Of a DNA stretch of 64,000 nt, positions 1-9,558 are shown one piece after another. Numbering within the stretch: the stretch's first letter is position 1; the number at the start of each line of letters is the position of its first letter. The stretch is from Candidatus Latescibacterota bacterium. Lineage in GTDB: Bacteria > Latescibacterota > UBA2968 > UBA8231. The notes under the pieces are model-generated. The model had not been told where the DNA came from. It did no database searches and saw only the letters and a list, made by a program, of their open reading frames with translations. The DNA lies in the NCBI GenBank assembly GCA_965261395.1, contig OZ253462.1, positions 288,001 to 352,000 on the forward strand, read 5' to 3'. The translations under genes were made by a program, and so were the position numbers.

Positions 1-1
1 C

Positions 2-523
2 GCACTCGCCGCGCTAGCGATCCTCCTAGTAGGTGCTGTCACTCAGAGGGCAGCCCTCGCTGACATTGCCAACAGCCTACTACACGCGGTGACCTTCAAC
101 GACGAGCCCCTGTCCGATAGCCAACAGCAGGCGTTCGACGACCTTGTTGAGATCACGGAAACCGTAGATGAGAATGGCGATCAGGCCGTCACCGTCAACT
201 TCGGTGGTGCGACCGAGGCCACCGTCGATCAAATTCTCCAAAAACTCGGAGACGAAGACGGTGTCCTGAAAATGGTAATCAGCGACGACTCAAGCACAGT
301 AAGTGTAGTCAACCTCGTTTCGAGCCGTGCCATGCTTGATTTGTTTTCCGCCGTGTCTCCGGACGACATCACCGAGGAAGACGGTGTCCTGAAAGTAGTT
401 CTCGATTCACTACCCGCACTACCTGCCGCGAAGATCGGCTCCCAGTCTCCGGGCGTCGCCGAGGATAAGAGCTGGGGCGACATCAAGAGAGCCGCCGGTT
501 CCACCACCGACCACTCTCACTGA
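2..523 (+). CDS. Secreted hypothetical protein (5'-truncated by window edge) with C-terminal SWGDIK motif
   Basis: Frame is open from base 2 with a hydrophobic signal-like stretch (ALAALAILLVGA). Internal repeat EDGVLK occurs twice. Ends ...KSWGDIKR... Confidence 0.6.
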   Translation, partial: ALAALAILLVGAVTQRAALADIANSLLHAVTFNDEPLSDSQQQAFDDLVEITETVDENGDQAVTVNFGGATEATVDQILQKLGDEDGVLKMVISDDSSTVSVVNLVSSRAMLDLFSAVSPDDITEEDGVLKVVLDSLPALPAAKIGSQSPGVAEDKSWGDIKRAAGSTTDHSH

Positions 524-563
524 TCAAGCGGATCGCTCGGCTTCAAGCCAAGCCTTCAAAGAG

Positions 564-613
564 AACGGGCCCTAGGTCATCATCGACCGGGGGCCGTTTG
601 TCTTTCCTTTCTT
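564..613 (+). terminator. Probable Rho-independent terminator
   Basis: Imperfect GC-rich hairpin AACGGGCCC...GGGGCCGTT followed by TGTCTTTCCTTTCTT, between convergent genes. Confidence 0.5.
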
Positions 614-675
614 GGAGTGTCGATTCAGCGGAACCAAGCACCCCAAGCGATCCCAACGGATAGAATATCCATCGC

Positions 676-1485
676 TTATTGCGTCGCGCTTGCTTGCAGG
701 GATTCAAGCGTTGCGAGTATTTCTTCGAGTGTACGGCGCTGTTGTTCGGTACGATCGATTGTCGCATGACCATCGAAGAGCTGATGTCCGTAGTAACCAA
801 ACTGCGAGTGATTGCCGCCGACGATTTCGATCCATTGCGTGTGTTCTGGAAGATTCCGCTTCGTCGATTCGATCATTTCCACCGTTGCAATACCGTCATT
901 GCTGGCGAAGACCTTCTTTACTGGAACCACAATGTTGGATAGATCGAAGTCCTTTGGATGCGAAGTACCGATCAAAATGAGTGCGCTTACCAATGATCGA
1001 TCAGCGTGGACAAGTTCGGTCGCTATTCTGCCGCCTTTGGAATGTCCAGCGACAACCCACTTATCCACGGCTTCAGTTTGAGTAACGATCTGTTGCGCGC
1101 GGCTAATCGCCTCGCGTCTGTGGGATTTGAACGGAGCAAAGCGATAGGGCAGCTTCACGATTACCGCAATGAAGCCGTTTTCCGCAACAGCACGGATGAG
1201 AGGTGCGTAGGCGCTAGGCTCAACGCCACCACCGTGAAAGAACAGTAAGCCCATCGGACCTTTCGGCTCCGTAGGTGTAAACACAATCGCCTCGTCAGTG
1301 TCGGCGACAGTAATTTGGACGTTGCTTTGGAGTGTTTTCTCGTCGATGCCTCTTGCTCGGAATGAATCGTATAGCCAAAGTGTGAATGCAATACCGGCGG
1401 CGATCCAGACAATCCGAAAGATCCTCCAGATTCGCCGTCCAAGTCGCTTCGGGGGCTTCGAGGGAGTTTCATCAGTACGATTCAT
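676..1485 (-). CDS. Alpha/beta hydrolase (membrane-anchored)
   Basis: GHSKGG nucleophile elbow, ASNDG acid region, GGNHSQFGYYG His motif, N-terminal TM helix. Start codon uncertain (1485 or 1500). Confidence 0.85.
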   Translation of the reverse strand: MNRTDETPSKPPKRLGRRIWRIFRIVWIAAGIAFTLWLYDSFRARGIDEKTLQSNVQITVADTDEAIVFTPTEPKGPMGLLFFHGGGVEPSAYAPLIRAVAENGFIAVIVKLPYRFAPFKSHRREAISRAQQIVTQTEAVDKWVVAGHSKGGRIATELVHADRSLVSALILIGTSHPKDFDLSNIVVPVKKVFASNDGIATVEMIESTKRNLPEHTQWIEIVGGNHSQFGYYGHQLFDGHATIDRTEQQRRTLEEILATLESLQASATQ

Positions 1486-1574
1486 AGCAGCACCATGCAA
1501 TGTTTTGTTGCTTAACTTGTAATTAATAGGACATCCAAATCAGACGCTCCGCACACAGATCCACAGGAAAGACA

Positions 1575-2264
1575 ATGAGCCATTCCGTCCGACGCCATCT
1601 GCGCGTTGAAATCGAGGCGTACGATAAGACCATTCGCGCTTTCATTCCCGCCTACGAAGAAATGCTAGCGCGAGCCGCAGACGCCGTTGCCGAAACCAAG
1701 CCGAAAAAAGTAATCGACCTCGGCGCTGGCACGGGCGCATTGGCGCAAGCCGTATTGCAGCGATGCGAGGGAGCCACGGTCGAGCTAATCGACGCCGACG
1801 CCGAGATGCTCGATCAGGCCCGCGAGCGGCTCGCACCCTTTGCTGCACGAGTGCAGTACACCGTGCGAGCGTTCCAAGGCCCGCTACCTGACTGCGACGC
1901 AGTGGTCGCCTCCCTCGCGTTGCACCACGTTCCCACAATGACCGAAAAACGGACGATCTTCAGCGCGATTCACGCCGCATTGCGCCCGGGCGGCGTGTTC
2001 GTCAACGCGGATGCGACCATGCCCGCCGACCCGTCCGTTCGCCAAGCCGAATACGAGACTTGGGCGGCCCACCTCGTCTCCTGCGGCATCGCCGAAGAAC
2101 GCGCCTATGGCCATTTTGAGGAATGGGCCGACGAAGACACTTACTTTCCCGTGGAAGACGAACTCGCCGCGCTGACAGACGCTGGTTTTGACGCGGCCTG
2201 CCTGTGGCGCGTCGTACCCGTCACAGTCATAAAAGCGGTTAAAGCCGCAGCACAGGGTGAGTGA
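1575..2264 (+). CDS. Class I SAM-dependent methyltransferase
   Basis: VIDLGAGTG motif I, VVASLALHH, LRPGG. Confidence 0.9.
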   Translation: MSHSVRRHLRVEIEAYDKTIRAFIPAYEEMLARAADAVAETKPKKVIDLGAGTGALAQAVLQRCEGATVELIDADAEMLDQARERLAPFAARVQYTVRAFQGPLPDCDAVVASLALHHVPTMTEKRTIFSAIHAALRPGGVFVNADATMPADPSVRQAEYETWAAHLVSCGIAEERAYGHFEEWADEDTYFPVEDELAALTDAGFDAACLWRVVPVTVIKAVKAAAQGE

Positions 2265-2295
2265 CGAGCCGCAGCAGGAGACACCCGTGCGGCCC

Positions 2296-2323
2296 TGTCA
2301 TGCTGAGCGGAGCAAAGCATCTC
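2296..2323. repeat. REP-like short repeat half-site (GTCATGCTGAGCGGAGCAAAGCATCTC type)
   Basis: Resembles the widespread GTCATCCTGAGCGAAGCGAAGGATCT-like extragenic repeat. Lies between convergent genes; single copy in window. Confidence 0.4.
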
Positions 2324-2384
2324 ATACCTAGCAGCGCATAGGCAGGACGATGCAGAACGCTGGCGAGCCGCAGAGGCCGAGCGG

Positions 2385-3323
2385 CTACAGCAGCTTGGGC
2401 AGCAGCAAGGCGAGGGCGATGCTGATGAGGAGACCGGCGAAGATCTTCGCCAAATCGGATAACACCAGCCGCGACACCTCCTGACGGCTGCGGTGCTTCT
2501 CGTTCCAGGCGATGGCGATCTCGCGTCCAGCTAGCAGACCAACGAAGACCCAAGTCGTGCTCATCGGGAGGTGGCTGACCTCCTTGAACAGGAACAGCAC
2601 GATGCCGTAGATCAGGTCCACGAACGTCGCCGAGCGGATGTCGGTAGTGTTCGTCTTCGTCAGCACCACTTTCTGGATGGCACCGCCGTGGGTGTAAAAG
2701 ATGAAGGCGAGCAAGGCCAGCATGACGACGATACTTGCCGCGAACCATCCCGCGGACAGTTCGCGCGGCAGGAAAACATAGATGTTCGCCAAGTCCTGTA
2801 TCAGCCACTGGCTCCAGAGGAAACCGGTCGAACACCACTGAGCCACAATCCACCAAGGGCTCGTCGGCCCCTCCGTCCGGTTGAAGCGGGACTCAAGACC
2901 TCGGGTGACCAGTCTGTAAATGAGAATAGCGGCCACGAAGGCGGTCGCGTACCCCGACAACGACTTGATCAGCATGCTCGGCAGCGCCTTCGGCGCGAAG
3001 ATCGTCAGGGTCAGGAAGGTGGTGCTGACCGGGATGCCCCAGCGGGTCAGCAAGAGCAGGACGAAAGGCGGAACGCAGTAAATCCAGCTAAAGTGCTCCG
3101 GCACCGGGATCGTCTGCAGCCTGCCGTAGGAGACATCGCCGTGGGCCATCCACCCATATACGAGGACCACCGTCATGATACTGCCGGCGAAGAGCCAGAG
3201 CACCCACCACGGACGGTGGTCGTTGGAACTGAGAAAGGTCCCCAAAGTCTGAATTGCGTCGTTGCCGACAATCGAATACGAGCCGAGCAAGAACCCGACG
3301 ACCATCAGTACTTCCTGACTCAT
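2385..3323 (-). CDS. Multi-pass membrane protein, phosphate/sulfate-permease-like
   Basis: About 9-10 TM helices; GNDAIQTLGTF and duplicated PVSTT/PMSTT motifs reminiscent of PiT-like transporters. Confidence 0.65.
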   Translation of the reverse strand: MSQEVLMVVGFLLGSYSIVGNDAIQTLGTFLSSNDHRPWWVLWLFAGSIMTVVLVYGWMAHGDVSYGRLQTIPVPEHFSWIYCVPPFVLLLLTRWGIPVSTTFLTLTIFAPKALPSMLIKSLSGYATAFVAAILIYRLVTRGLESRFNRTEGPTSPWWIVAQWCSTGFLWSQWLIQDLANIYVFLPRELSAGWFAASIVVMLALLAFIFYTHGGAIQKVVLTKTNTTDIRSATFVDLIYGIVLFLFKEVSHLPMSTTWVFVGLLAGREIAIAWNEKHRSRQEVSRLVLSDLAKIFAGLLISIALALLLPKLL

Positions 3324-3515
3324 TTTTAAATACTCCTCGGGGATTTCCGATAATATTCAGGAAATGAAAATCAACCACCTCGGCGAGCGAATGTATCTAC
3401 TCGGCCGCAGCCGAGCAATGGCCGAGCCTCTGCTGTGCTCGGCAAGGAAATTTGGCCTCGCCCCGTTGCGCCATTACTTTCTCAGGCCACCATTCACCGC
3501 AGCCCCGAGCTATTT

Positions 3516-5264
3516 ATGACCGCTAAAATTCTCGCCGTCCTCCTCCTATTCGCCCTACCTATTCAAGCCAAAACTCGGATCGAAGCGGCCTACGCAGCCG
3601 GCGAACTCGACTTGGAGACGGCCCTGATCTACCAAGTCCTCAGCGTGCGCGCTCCCGACCAACTGCCGGCCATTTATCGAGAGTCTGGCGGGCTGGCGGT
3701 TTGCGGGACCCCGCACCTAGTCCAAGCCATGAGCACGGCTCCCAGCCTGAGCGCCGACTTCCAGGCGCGTTTGGGCAAACTTGTGAAAGACCGGCCGGAC
3801 GCCCAGCACAATCTCCTCTCGCCATCGGGACACTTTCGCGTCCACTACGATACCGCAGGAGTCAACGCGGTTTCGTCTAGAGACGACGACGCCAACGACA
3901 TCCCGGACTACATCGACCGCACGCTCTCCATCCTCGACAGCACTTGGGTGCTCGAAATCGAGCAACTCGGCTACAATCCACCCCCTTCGGACAACGGCTT
4001 GGGCGGCGGAGGCGAATACGACGTTCATGTTGTCGAGCTAGGAGTTGGCAGGAGTTTTTATGGGTTCGCCTATCCTGGGACGTCCGGCGCGACCACCTAC
4101 AGCCATCTAGAAATTGACAACAACTTCACCGACCCAGGCTACAAGCAGACCCGCGGACTGGACGCCCTGCGAGTGACCATCGCCCACGAGTTCCACCACG
4201 CCCTTCAGTTTGGCTACTACGCGACATTCGACGGCAGTTGGTGGCAGGAGTCAACCTCGACGTGGATGGAGGAAGTAGCCTATCCGCACATCGACGATTA
4301 TCTCCAGTACTTGACCTACTTCCTCGGCGAACCCCAACGCGCCCTCAACTCCGGCCCTTATCAAAGCCTCCACACCTACGGCAGTGCGATCTTTTCCCTC
4401 TTCCTCGATCAGCGCTACAACCGCGAACTCAACCGCCTGATCTGGGAAGAAGTGGGCCGGCGCAAAAGCGTCGATCTCGATCATTTCGACCGCATCATCC
4501 GCCAAGTCGAGCCGGGAGGACTAGGCATCGTCATGGGCGAATTTGCCGTCTGGAATTATTTCACCGGCACTCGCTACCGCGACGAATACTATGCCGAGGG
4601 GGACAAATACCCGACCGTCCCCACCCGCGACATCGCCGTCGCCGCCGAGACCGTCGTCCGCGACACCAGCCTAGTAGTCGAAGCCACCGGCAGCGCCTAT
4701 CTGCGCCTTGAGCCGCAACTGCGCTCGGGCGGGGTCGATCTGTTTTTTGACGCAAACCAAGGGGCGTGGCGTCGCCACTTGCTCTTAGTCGGCCCAGATA
4801 GCGTCTCCGTGCAGCTAGTTTCTGAACCGACGATCCGCGTCAGTAGCTGGGACCAGTTCGACGAGATCGTCCTCGTCGCTACCTCGGCTAAGCACACGGG
4901 CCTAGCCTACCAGCACCTGTTTACCGCGCAATTCGATCCCGACCTAACCGACGCGCCGACCGCCCTCGCCACCCTGCTCAAACCCAACTACCCCAACCCA
5001 TTCCGCCCCGGCCAACACCCGCACACCCGGTTGGCGTTCGACCTAGCCTTCCCCAGCAGAAAAACCCGCCTCGCGCTCTTTACCGCCAACGGCACGCTCG
5101 TCTGGGAGCAAGACTTAGGCGAACGTGCGGCGCGAGCAGACCACGCCGTGCTGTGGGACGGCCGCAACGACGCCGGCAATCTCGTAGCCAGCGGCATCTA
5201 TCACCTGCTCCTCGAAGCCGACGGCACAGCGGCCAAGCGCACACTAGCCGTGGTGCGCGATTGA
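3516..5264 (+). CDS. Secreted zinc metallopeptidase (MXAN_6640-like) with C-terminal FlgD-Ig-like domain
   Basis: Signal peptide, AHEFHHALQ zinc motif, WWQESTS third-ligand region, C-terminal NYPNPF...WDGRN...SGIY. Confidence 0.8.
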   Translation: MTAKILAVLLLFALPIQAKTRIEAAYAAGELDLETALIYQVLSVRAPDQLPAIYRESGGLAVCGTPHLVQAMSTAPSLSADFQARLGKLVKDRPDAQHNLLSPSGHFRVHYDTAGVNAVSSRDDDANDIPDYIDRTLSILDSTWVLEIEQLGYNPPPSDNGLGGGGEYDVHVVELGVGRSFYGFAYPGTSGATTYSHLEIDNNFTDPGYKQTRGLDALRVTIAHEFHHALQFGYYATFDGSWWQESTSTWMEEVAYPHIDDYLQYLTYFLGEPQRALNSGPYQSLHTYGSAIFSLFLDQRYNRELNRLIWEEVGRRKSVDLDHFDRIIRQVEPGGLGIVMGEFAVWNYFTGTRYRDEYYAEGDKYPTVPTRDIAVAAETVVRDTSLVVEATGSAYLRLEPQLRSGGVDLFFDANQGAWRRHLLLVGPDSVSVQLVSEPTIRVSSWDQFDEIVLVATSAKHTGLAYQHLFTAQFDPDLTDAPTALATLLKPNYPNPFRPGQHPHTRLAFDLAFPSRKTRLALFTANGTLVWEQDLGERAARADHAVLWDGRNDAGNLVASGIYHLLLEADGTAAKRTLAVVRD

Positions 5265-7195
5265 CACCTCCACCTCCGCGCCGCGTCTCCCTCCGCGCCA
5301 TCGCCATCGGGGCCATCGGCTGCCTCGCCATCGCCGCGGGCGAACCGTTTGGCGTCTTGGTGATGCGCAGCTCGCCCATGGCCGCCGACTACTCGACCGG
5401 CGCGGCCCTGTTCTTGTTTTTTCTCGTCACCTTGCTCATCAACCCGCTCGCCAAATTGCTCACCGGCACCAGCCTGCACACCGGCGAGCTGGCCACCGTG
5501 TACATAATGATGGTCGTGGGGGCCGCCATTCCCTCTTGGGGCCTGACCATGAACCTGATCCCGCTCCTCGGCGGGTTCTTTTACTACGCCACCCCGGAAA
5601 ACGACTGGGCCAACATCATCCAGCCCTATATATCGCAGCTCCTCGTGCCGGAGGACAGCGCCGCCATCCAAAAGCTGTTTGAAGGCAACGCCCAAGGCGA
5701 ACGCATCCCTTGGGGGGCTTGGGCGACGCCGCTTATGGCGTGGGGCCTGTTTGTCGTCAACATGTACTTCACCACGCTGTGCGTGCTCGTCGTGCTGCGC
5801 AAGCAGTGGGTCGAGCGCGAGCGGCTCAACTTCCCGCTGGCCACCTTGCCCATCGAAATGAGTGCCCGCGCCAAAGACCAAGTCGTCGCACCTTTTTACC
5901 GCAATTACCTTACTTGGGTCGGCTTTGCCATTCCCGCGCTCATCGGCTCGGTCAACGCCCTGCACCGCTATTTCAACTTCGTCCCACAGATCGACCTCAA
6001 CCTCTGGGTGCCCCTTTTGCGCCGCTCCATCGGGGTCAACTTTCGCCCGCACTTCGAGGTCGTCGGCCTCTCCTACTTGCTCAATCTCGACATCTCCATG
6101 GGCGTGTGGTTTTTTGCCTTCCTCAACATGGTGGCCATAGGCTTGTGCCGTATGACAGGGTGGAATATCGGCCCGGAGCAGCCCTATTCCTCGCCGTCGC
6201 CGCCCAGCGTCGCCCACATCGCCCTCGGTGCGTTGTTTTTTCTCGTGCTGTCCAGCTTGTGGAGCGGGCGTCAGCACTTGCGCCAGGTCTGGCGCAAGGC
6301 TCTGCGCGGCGACGACTCCATCGACGACAGCGGGGAATTGCTCCCGTACCGCGTCGCGGTCTTTGGATTTATCGTCAGCTTTTTGCTCGGCCTGTTCGCG
6401 CTCTATGCTACCAACATGAACCTGCCGACCGCCTTTGTCTTTCAGCTTTCGGCCCTCGTCATATTCGTCGGCTTGGCCCGCATCATCTCGCAGGCCGGGC
6501 TGGCCTATTGCCGCGCTCCGGTGGCTCCGGCCGTGTTTACCGTCAACACGCTCGGGTCGTCGTCGGTGGGTGCCCCGGGCCTGACGGCGCTGGCGCTCAA
6601 CTTCCCTTGGTCGGCCGACATCCGCACCTTCGTCATGGCCTCGGCCGCCACGGGCCTCAAGCTGGCGGAAGTGACGCGCCTCGAATACCGTCGCTTGTTC
6701 TGGGCCATTGCCGTGGCCATTGTCGTCACTATGGCTGGCTCCATCACCGCAGTCATCCACCTCGCGTACACCTATGGGGGCATCAACCTGAGCAGTTGGC
6801 AGTTCGGCTATATGACGACCTATACCGGCAACTGGATTACCAACAACCTCAACAACCTCCAACCCACCCACGCTTGGCATTTGTCCTTTGCCGGCCTCGG
6901 CGCGCTCTTGATGGGCCTGTTGACGTTTATAAAAAACCGCTTCGTCGGCTTTCCCATTCACCCCATCGGCTTGGCCATCGGGCTGCCGCATCCCGTGCAA
7001 CTAATCTGGCCGTCGGTCTTTATGGCTTGGCTGCTTAAGGCGCTCATTCTCAAATACGGCGGTCCCCGGCTCTACACGCGCTTGCGCCCGTTCTTCTTGG
7101 GGCTGGTGCTAGGCGCGTTTGGCACCGCCGGGTTGTGGCTCATCATCGACTTCTGCACCGGCATGACGGGCAACCGGCTGATTAACATCGGCTGA
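5261..7195 (+). CDS. DUF6785/DUF6784-like integral membrane protein (putative peptide transporter)
   Basis: Many TM helices, RKQWVERERLNFPL and FPIHPIG motifs. TTG start overlaps the upstream stop. Confidence 0.7.
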   Translation: MTPPPPRRVSLRAIAIGAIGCLAIAAGEPFGVLVMRSSPMAADYSTGAALFLFFLVTLLINPLAKLLTGTSLHTGELATVYIMMVVGAAIPSWGLTMNLIPLLGGFFYYATPENDWANIIQPYISQLLVPEDSAAIQKLFEGNAQGERIPWGAWATPLMAWGLFVVNMYFTTLCVLVVLRKQWVERERLNFPLATLPIEMSARAKDQVVAPFYRNYLTWVGFAIPALIGSVNALHRYFNFVPQIDLNLWVPLLRRSIGVNFRPHFEVVGLSYLLNLDISMGVWFFAFLNMVAIGLCRMTGWNIGPEQPYSSPSPPSVAHIALGALFFLVLSSLWSGRQHLRQVWRKALRGDDSIDDSGELLPYRVAVFGFIVSFLLGLFALYATNMNLPTAFVFQLSALVIFVGLARIISQAGLAYCRAPVAPAVFTVNTLGSSSVGAPGLTALALNFPWSADIRTFVMASAATGLKLAEVTRLEYRRLFWAIAVAIVVTMAGSITAVIHLAYTYGGINLSSWQFGYMTTYTGNWITNNLNNLQPTHAWHLSFAGLGALLMGLLTFIKNRFVGFPIHPIGLAIGLPHPVQLIWPSVFMAWLLKALILKYGGPRLYTRLRPFFLGLVLGAFGTAGLWLIIDFCTGMTGNRLINIG

Positions 7196-7221
7196 TTACC
7201 AGCTCGTGAGTCGTTTGGCCG

Positions 7222-8256
7222 CTACGCCAGCCCGTGATCGATGCCGAGCTTGATCGAGCGCTCGGGATGCTGGTCGATCTCTTGATAGGCGTCAGCGGCT
7301 GCGGCAAAGGGCACGACCGGGTCGATGAGGTCGTCGGCTTGCAAACGGCCTTCGACCAACAGGGCCAGCGACTCCGCGCGGATGCGGGCGAAATTCCAAC
7401 TCGCCTGCGGCAACGGCTCGCTGCAAGCGCGGCTGGAGATGACCTGAATGCGGTTGCGGTGCCACTCGCCGGCCAAGCGCAAGCCCTGTTCCCCGTGGTA
7501 ATACGCAGTCGAGACCAAGGTGCCGGCGTAGCAGGTCGCGCGCATGGCGTCTTCAAACGCGCGGTAGGAGCCGCTCGTTTCAAAGGCGATATCCGCGCCG
7601 ATCTTGTCGGTGTGTTGCTTGATCTCCAAGCCAGCGTCCATGGCCACCGGGTCCAGCGCCAAGTCGGCGTGGTGGCGCAGAGCCGCAGCGCGGCGGCGTT
7701 CAATGGGATCGACGACCGCCACCCAACGCGCACCGCACAGACGCGCGGCCTGCGCGACCATCAGCCCGATAGCACCGAGTCCAAAGACGGCGACGCGGTC
7801 GCCCAAGCGCACCGCGCCATCGCGCACTGCGCCGACGGCAAAGTCGGCCGGGTCCCAATACATGATGGCTTGCGGCGAAATTCCGTCTGGGGCCTTTTGC
7901 ACGCGCGCCGCCGCTATAGTGTGCGTTTCGCGGATGGGCAAATGCGCGAAGACCCGGTCGCCTTCCCGCAGCGCTGTGACCTCAGCACCCACTTCGACGA
8001 CCGCGCCCAAGCACATGTTGCCGAGGTGTCGAGGGAAGCCAGTGGCCACCGATTCGCCGCGGCGGTGCAGGCGCAGTTCGCCGTCCCAGCGGTCGGATGC
8101 GTCGGGTGTGTCGGCGCGGAAGCCGCGCAGTTCGGTGCCGTGCTTGACCGAACTGAAGAGGCTTTGAACGCGGATTTCGTCCGGGGCTAAGGGCGGTTCT
8201 TGATACGAACTGAGGACAGCATGGCCGGGACGATCGGCAATCAATTCGAGCGGCAT
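7222..8256 (-). CDS. Zinc-binding alcohol dehydrogenase-like (MDR) oxidoreductase
   Basis: GLGAIG Rossmann motif, KHGTE, AGGAG RBS before ATG at 8256. Confidence 0.85.
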   Translation of the reverse strand: MPLELIADRPGHAVLSSYQEPPLAPDEIRVQSLFSSVKHGTELRGFRADTPDASDRWDGELRLHRRGESVATGFPRHLGNMCLGAVVEVGAEVTALREGDRVFAHLPIRETHTIAAARVQKAPDGISPQAIMYWDPADFAVGAVRDGAVRLGDRVAVFGLGAIGLMVAQAARLCGARWVAVVDPIERRRAAALRHHADLALDPVAMDAGLEIKQHTDKIGADIAFETSGSYRAFEDAMRATCYAGTLVSTAYYHGEQGLRLAGEWHRNRIQVISSRACSEPLPQASWNFARIRAESLALLVEGRLQADDLIDPVVPFAAAADAYQEIDQHPERSIKLGIDHGLA

Positions 8257-8288
8257 GAGGTAAACTCCTATGAGAGAGGTTGAGTCGG

Positions 8289-8378
8289 GTTGACATGGAC
8301 GGGCGTTTGCAACCATTGGACGTTGACATGAATGGGCATTTGCAATCATGTTGACATGAATGGACGGGTTGCAATCAG
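8289..8378. repeat. Three imperfect ~28-bp direct repeats (GTTGACATG...TTGCAAYCA)
   Basis: Copies at 8289-8316, 8322-8349 and 8350-8378, read directly from the sequence. Confidence 0.8.
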
Positions 8379-8380
8379 AT

Positions 8381-8408
8381 GTAGGGGCGACCGGCCGGTC
8401 GCCCCTAC
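8381..8408. repeat. GTAG-type REP palindrome GTAGGGGCGACCGGCCGGTCGCCCCTAC
   Basis: Perfect 28-bp palindrome, identical copy at 60874-60901. Confidence 0.8.
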
Positions 8409-8444
8409 AAATATGTATCTGTCAACACAACCTGATTATAATTA

Positions 8445-9554
8445 ATGAACGCATACCAACGCTTCGTCCGCCCCCTCCTGTTCCGCTGTGATCCAGAGCG
8501 CATCCACGAGCAGGCCCTCGCGCTTGGCGAGCGGGTCGGTTCTTCCGCAGCGGGCCGCCATCTGCTCTCCAGCCTCTTTGCCTTTGCGGACGCGCGGTTG
8601 ACGACCCAAGTGGGCGGCTTGCGCTTTGCCAATCCGCTGGGCATGGCGGCGGGGTTCGACAAGAACGGCCGGGTGATCCAAGCGCTTGCGGCCATGGGCT
8701 TTGGGTTTGTGGAGGTGGGGTCGGTATCGGCCCATCCTTCGGCTGGGAATCCGCGGCCCCGCTTGTTCCGCCTGCCATTAGACGAGGCCATTGTGGTCAA
8801 CTATGGAGTGCCCAATGACGGGGCCACAGTCGTGGCGGATCGCGTGGCCCAGCGGCCGACGGCCGTGCCCTTGGGGATCAACCTAGTCGAAACCAATACC
8901 GGGCAGGCCATTGCACCCGATGCGGTCGTGGCGGAGCTAGCCGCGGCCCTAGTGCCCTTTGTCGGGCGGGCCGACTACATCGCGTTCAATCTCAATTGTC
9001 CGAACACGACCGGCGGCGTCAGCCCATTCACCGGCGGGAATCATTTGCGCGACCTGCTGCGCGAATGCGCTGCCATCGACGACCTGCCGCCGATCTTTCT
9101 CAAGCTCACGGCGCACACCGATCCGGCGCGGCTGGACTGGATGCTGGAGTCGGTCGATCCGTTTGCTTTCGTCAAGGGCTTCATCTTCAACCTGCCGCCA
9201 GGAACGAACTATCCGCTCAAGTCGCCAGCCCACCACCTAGCCTCCCTGCCCGGAACCTTGTGCGGCCGGCCCGTTCAGAGCCTGATCGACGAAACCGTGC
9301 GCTTCTGGTACGGGCGGATCGACCACCAGCGGCACGCGATCATCGGCGTGGGGGGGATTTCATCGGCCCGCGACGCATACCGCAAAATTCGCCTTGGGGC
9401 TTCGCTCGTGCAGCTATACTCAGCGCTGGTTTTCAGGGGACCGGGAGTCGTGCGGCAAATCAACGCGGGGTTGGCACACCTGTTGGAGCGCGATGGGTTT
9501 GCCCGAGTGGCAGACGCGGTCGGCATCGACAATCAAGCAAAAGCCGCGGTGTAG
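8445..9554 (+). CDS. pyrD: Quinone-dependent dihydroorotate dehydrogenase
   Basis: DPERIH, NPLGMAAGFDKN, GNPRPRLFRL, IIGVGGI, GASLVQLYS. Confidence 0.9.
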   Translation: MNAYQRFVRPLLFRCDPERIHEQALALGERVGSSAAGRHLLSSLFAFADARLTTQVGGLRFANPLGMAAGFDKNGRVIQALAAMGFGFVEVGSVSAHPSAGNPRPRLFRLPLDEAIVVNYGVPNDGATVVADRVAQRPTAVPLGINLVETNTGQAIAPDAVVAELAAALVPFVGRADYIAFNLNCPNTTGGVSPFTGGNHLRDLLRECAAIDDLPPIFLKLTAHTDPARLDWMLESVDPFAFVKGFIFNLPPGTNYPLKSPAHHLASLPGTLCGRPVQSLIDETVRFWYGRIDHQRHAIIGVGGISSARDAYRKIRLGASLVQLYSALVFRGPGVVRQINAGLAHLLERDGFARVADAVGIDNQAKAAV

Positions 9555-9558
9555 CTAC

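Noticed and set aside
1505-1520. GTTAAGC on the minus strand upstream of the alpha/beta hydrolase as an attC core site
   Set aside because: No matching inverse core or palindromic body was found, so the evidence is insufficient.
5201-8190. Long antisense or alternate-frame ORFs (5201-7000 minus, 5710-7038 plus, 7234-8190 plus) and similar ones elsewhere
   Set aside because: They are shadow ORFs of high-GC genes with no motifs and fully overlap well-supported CDSs.
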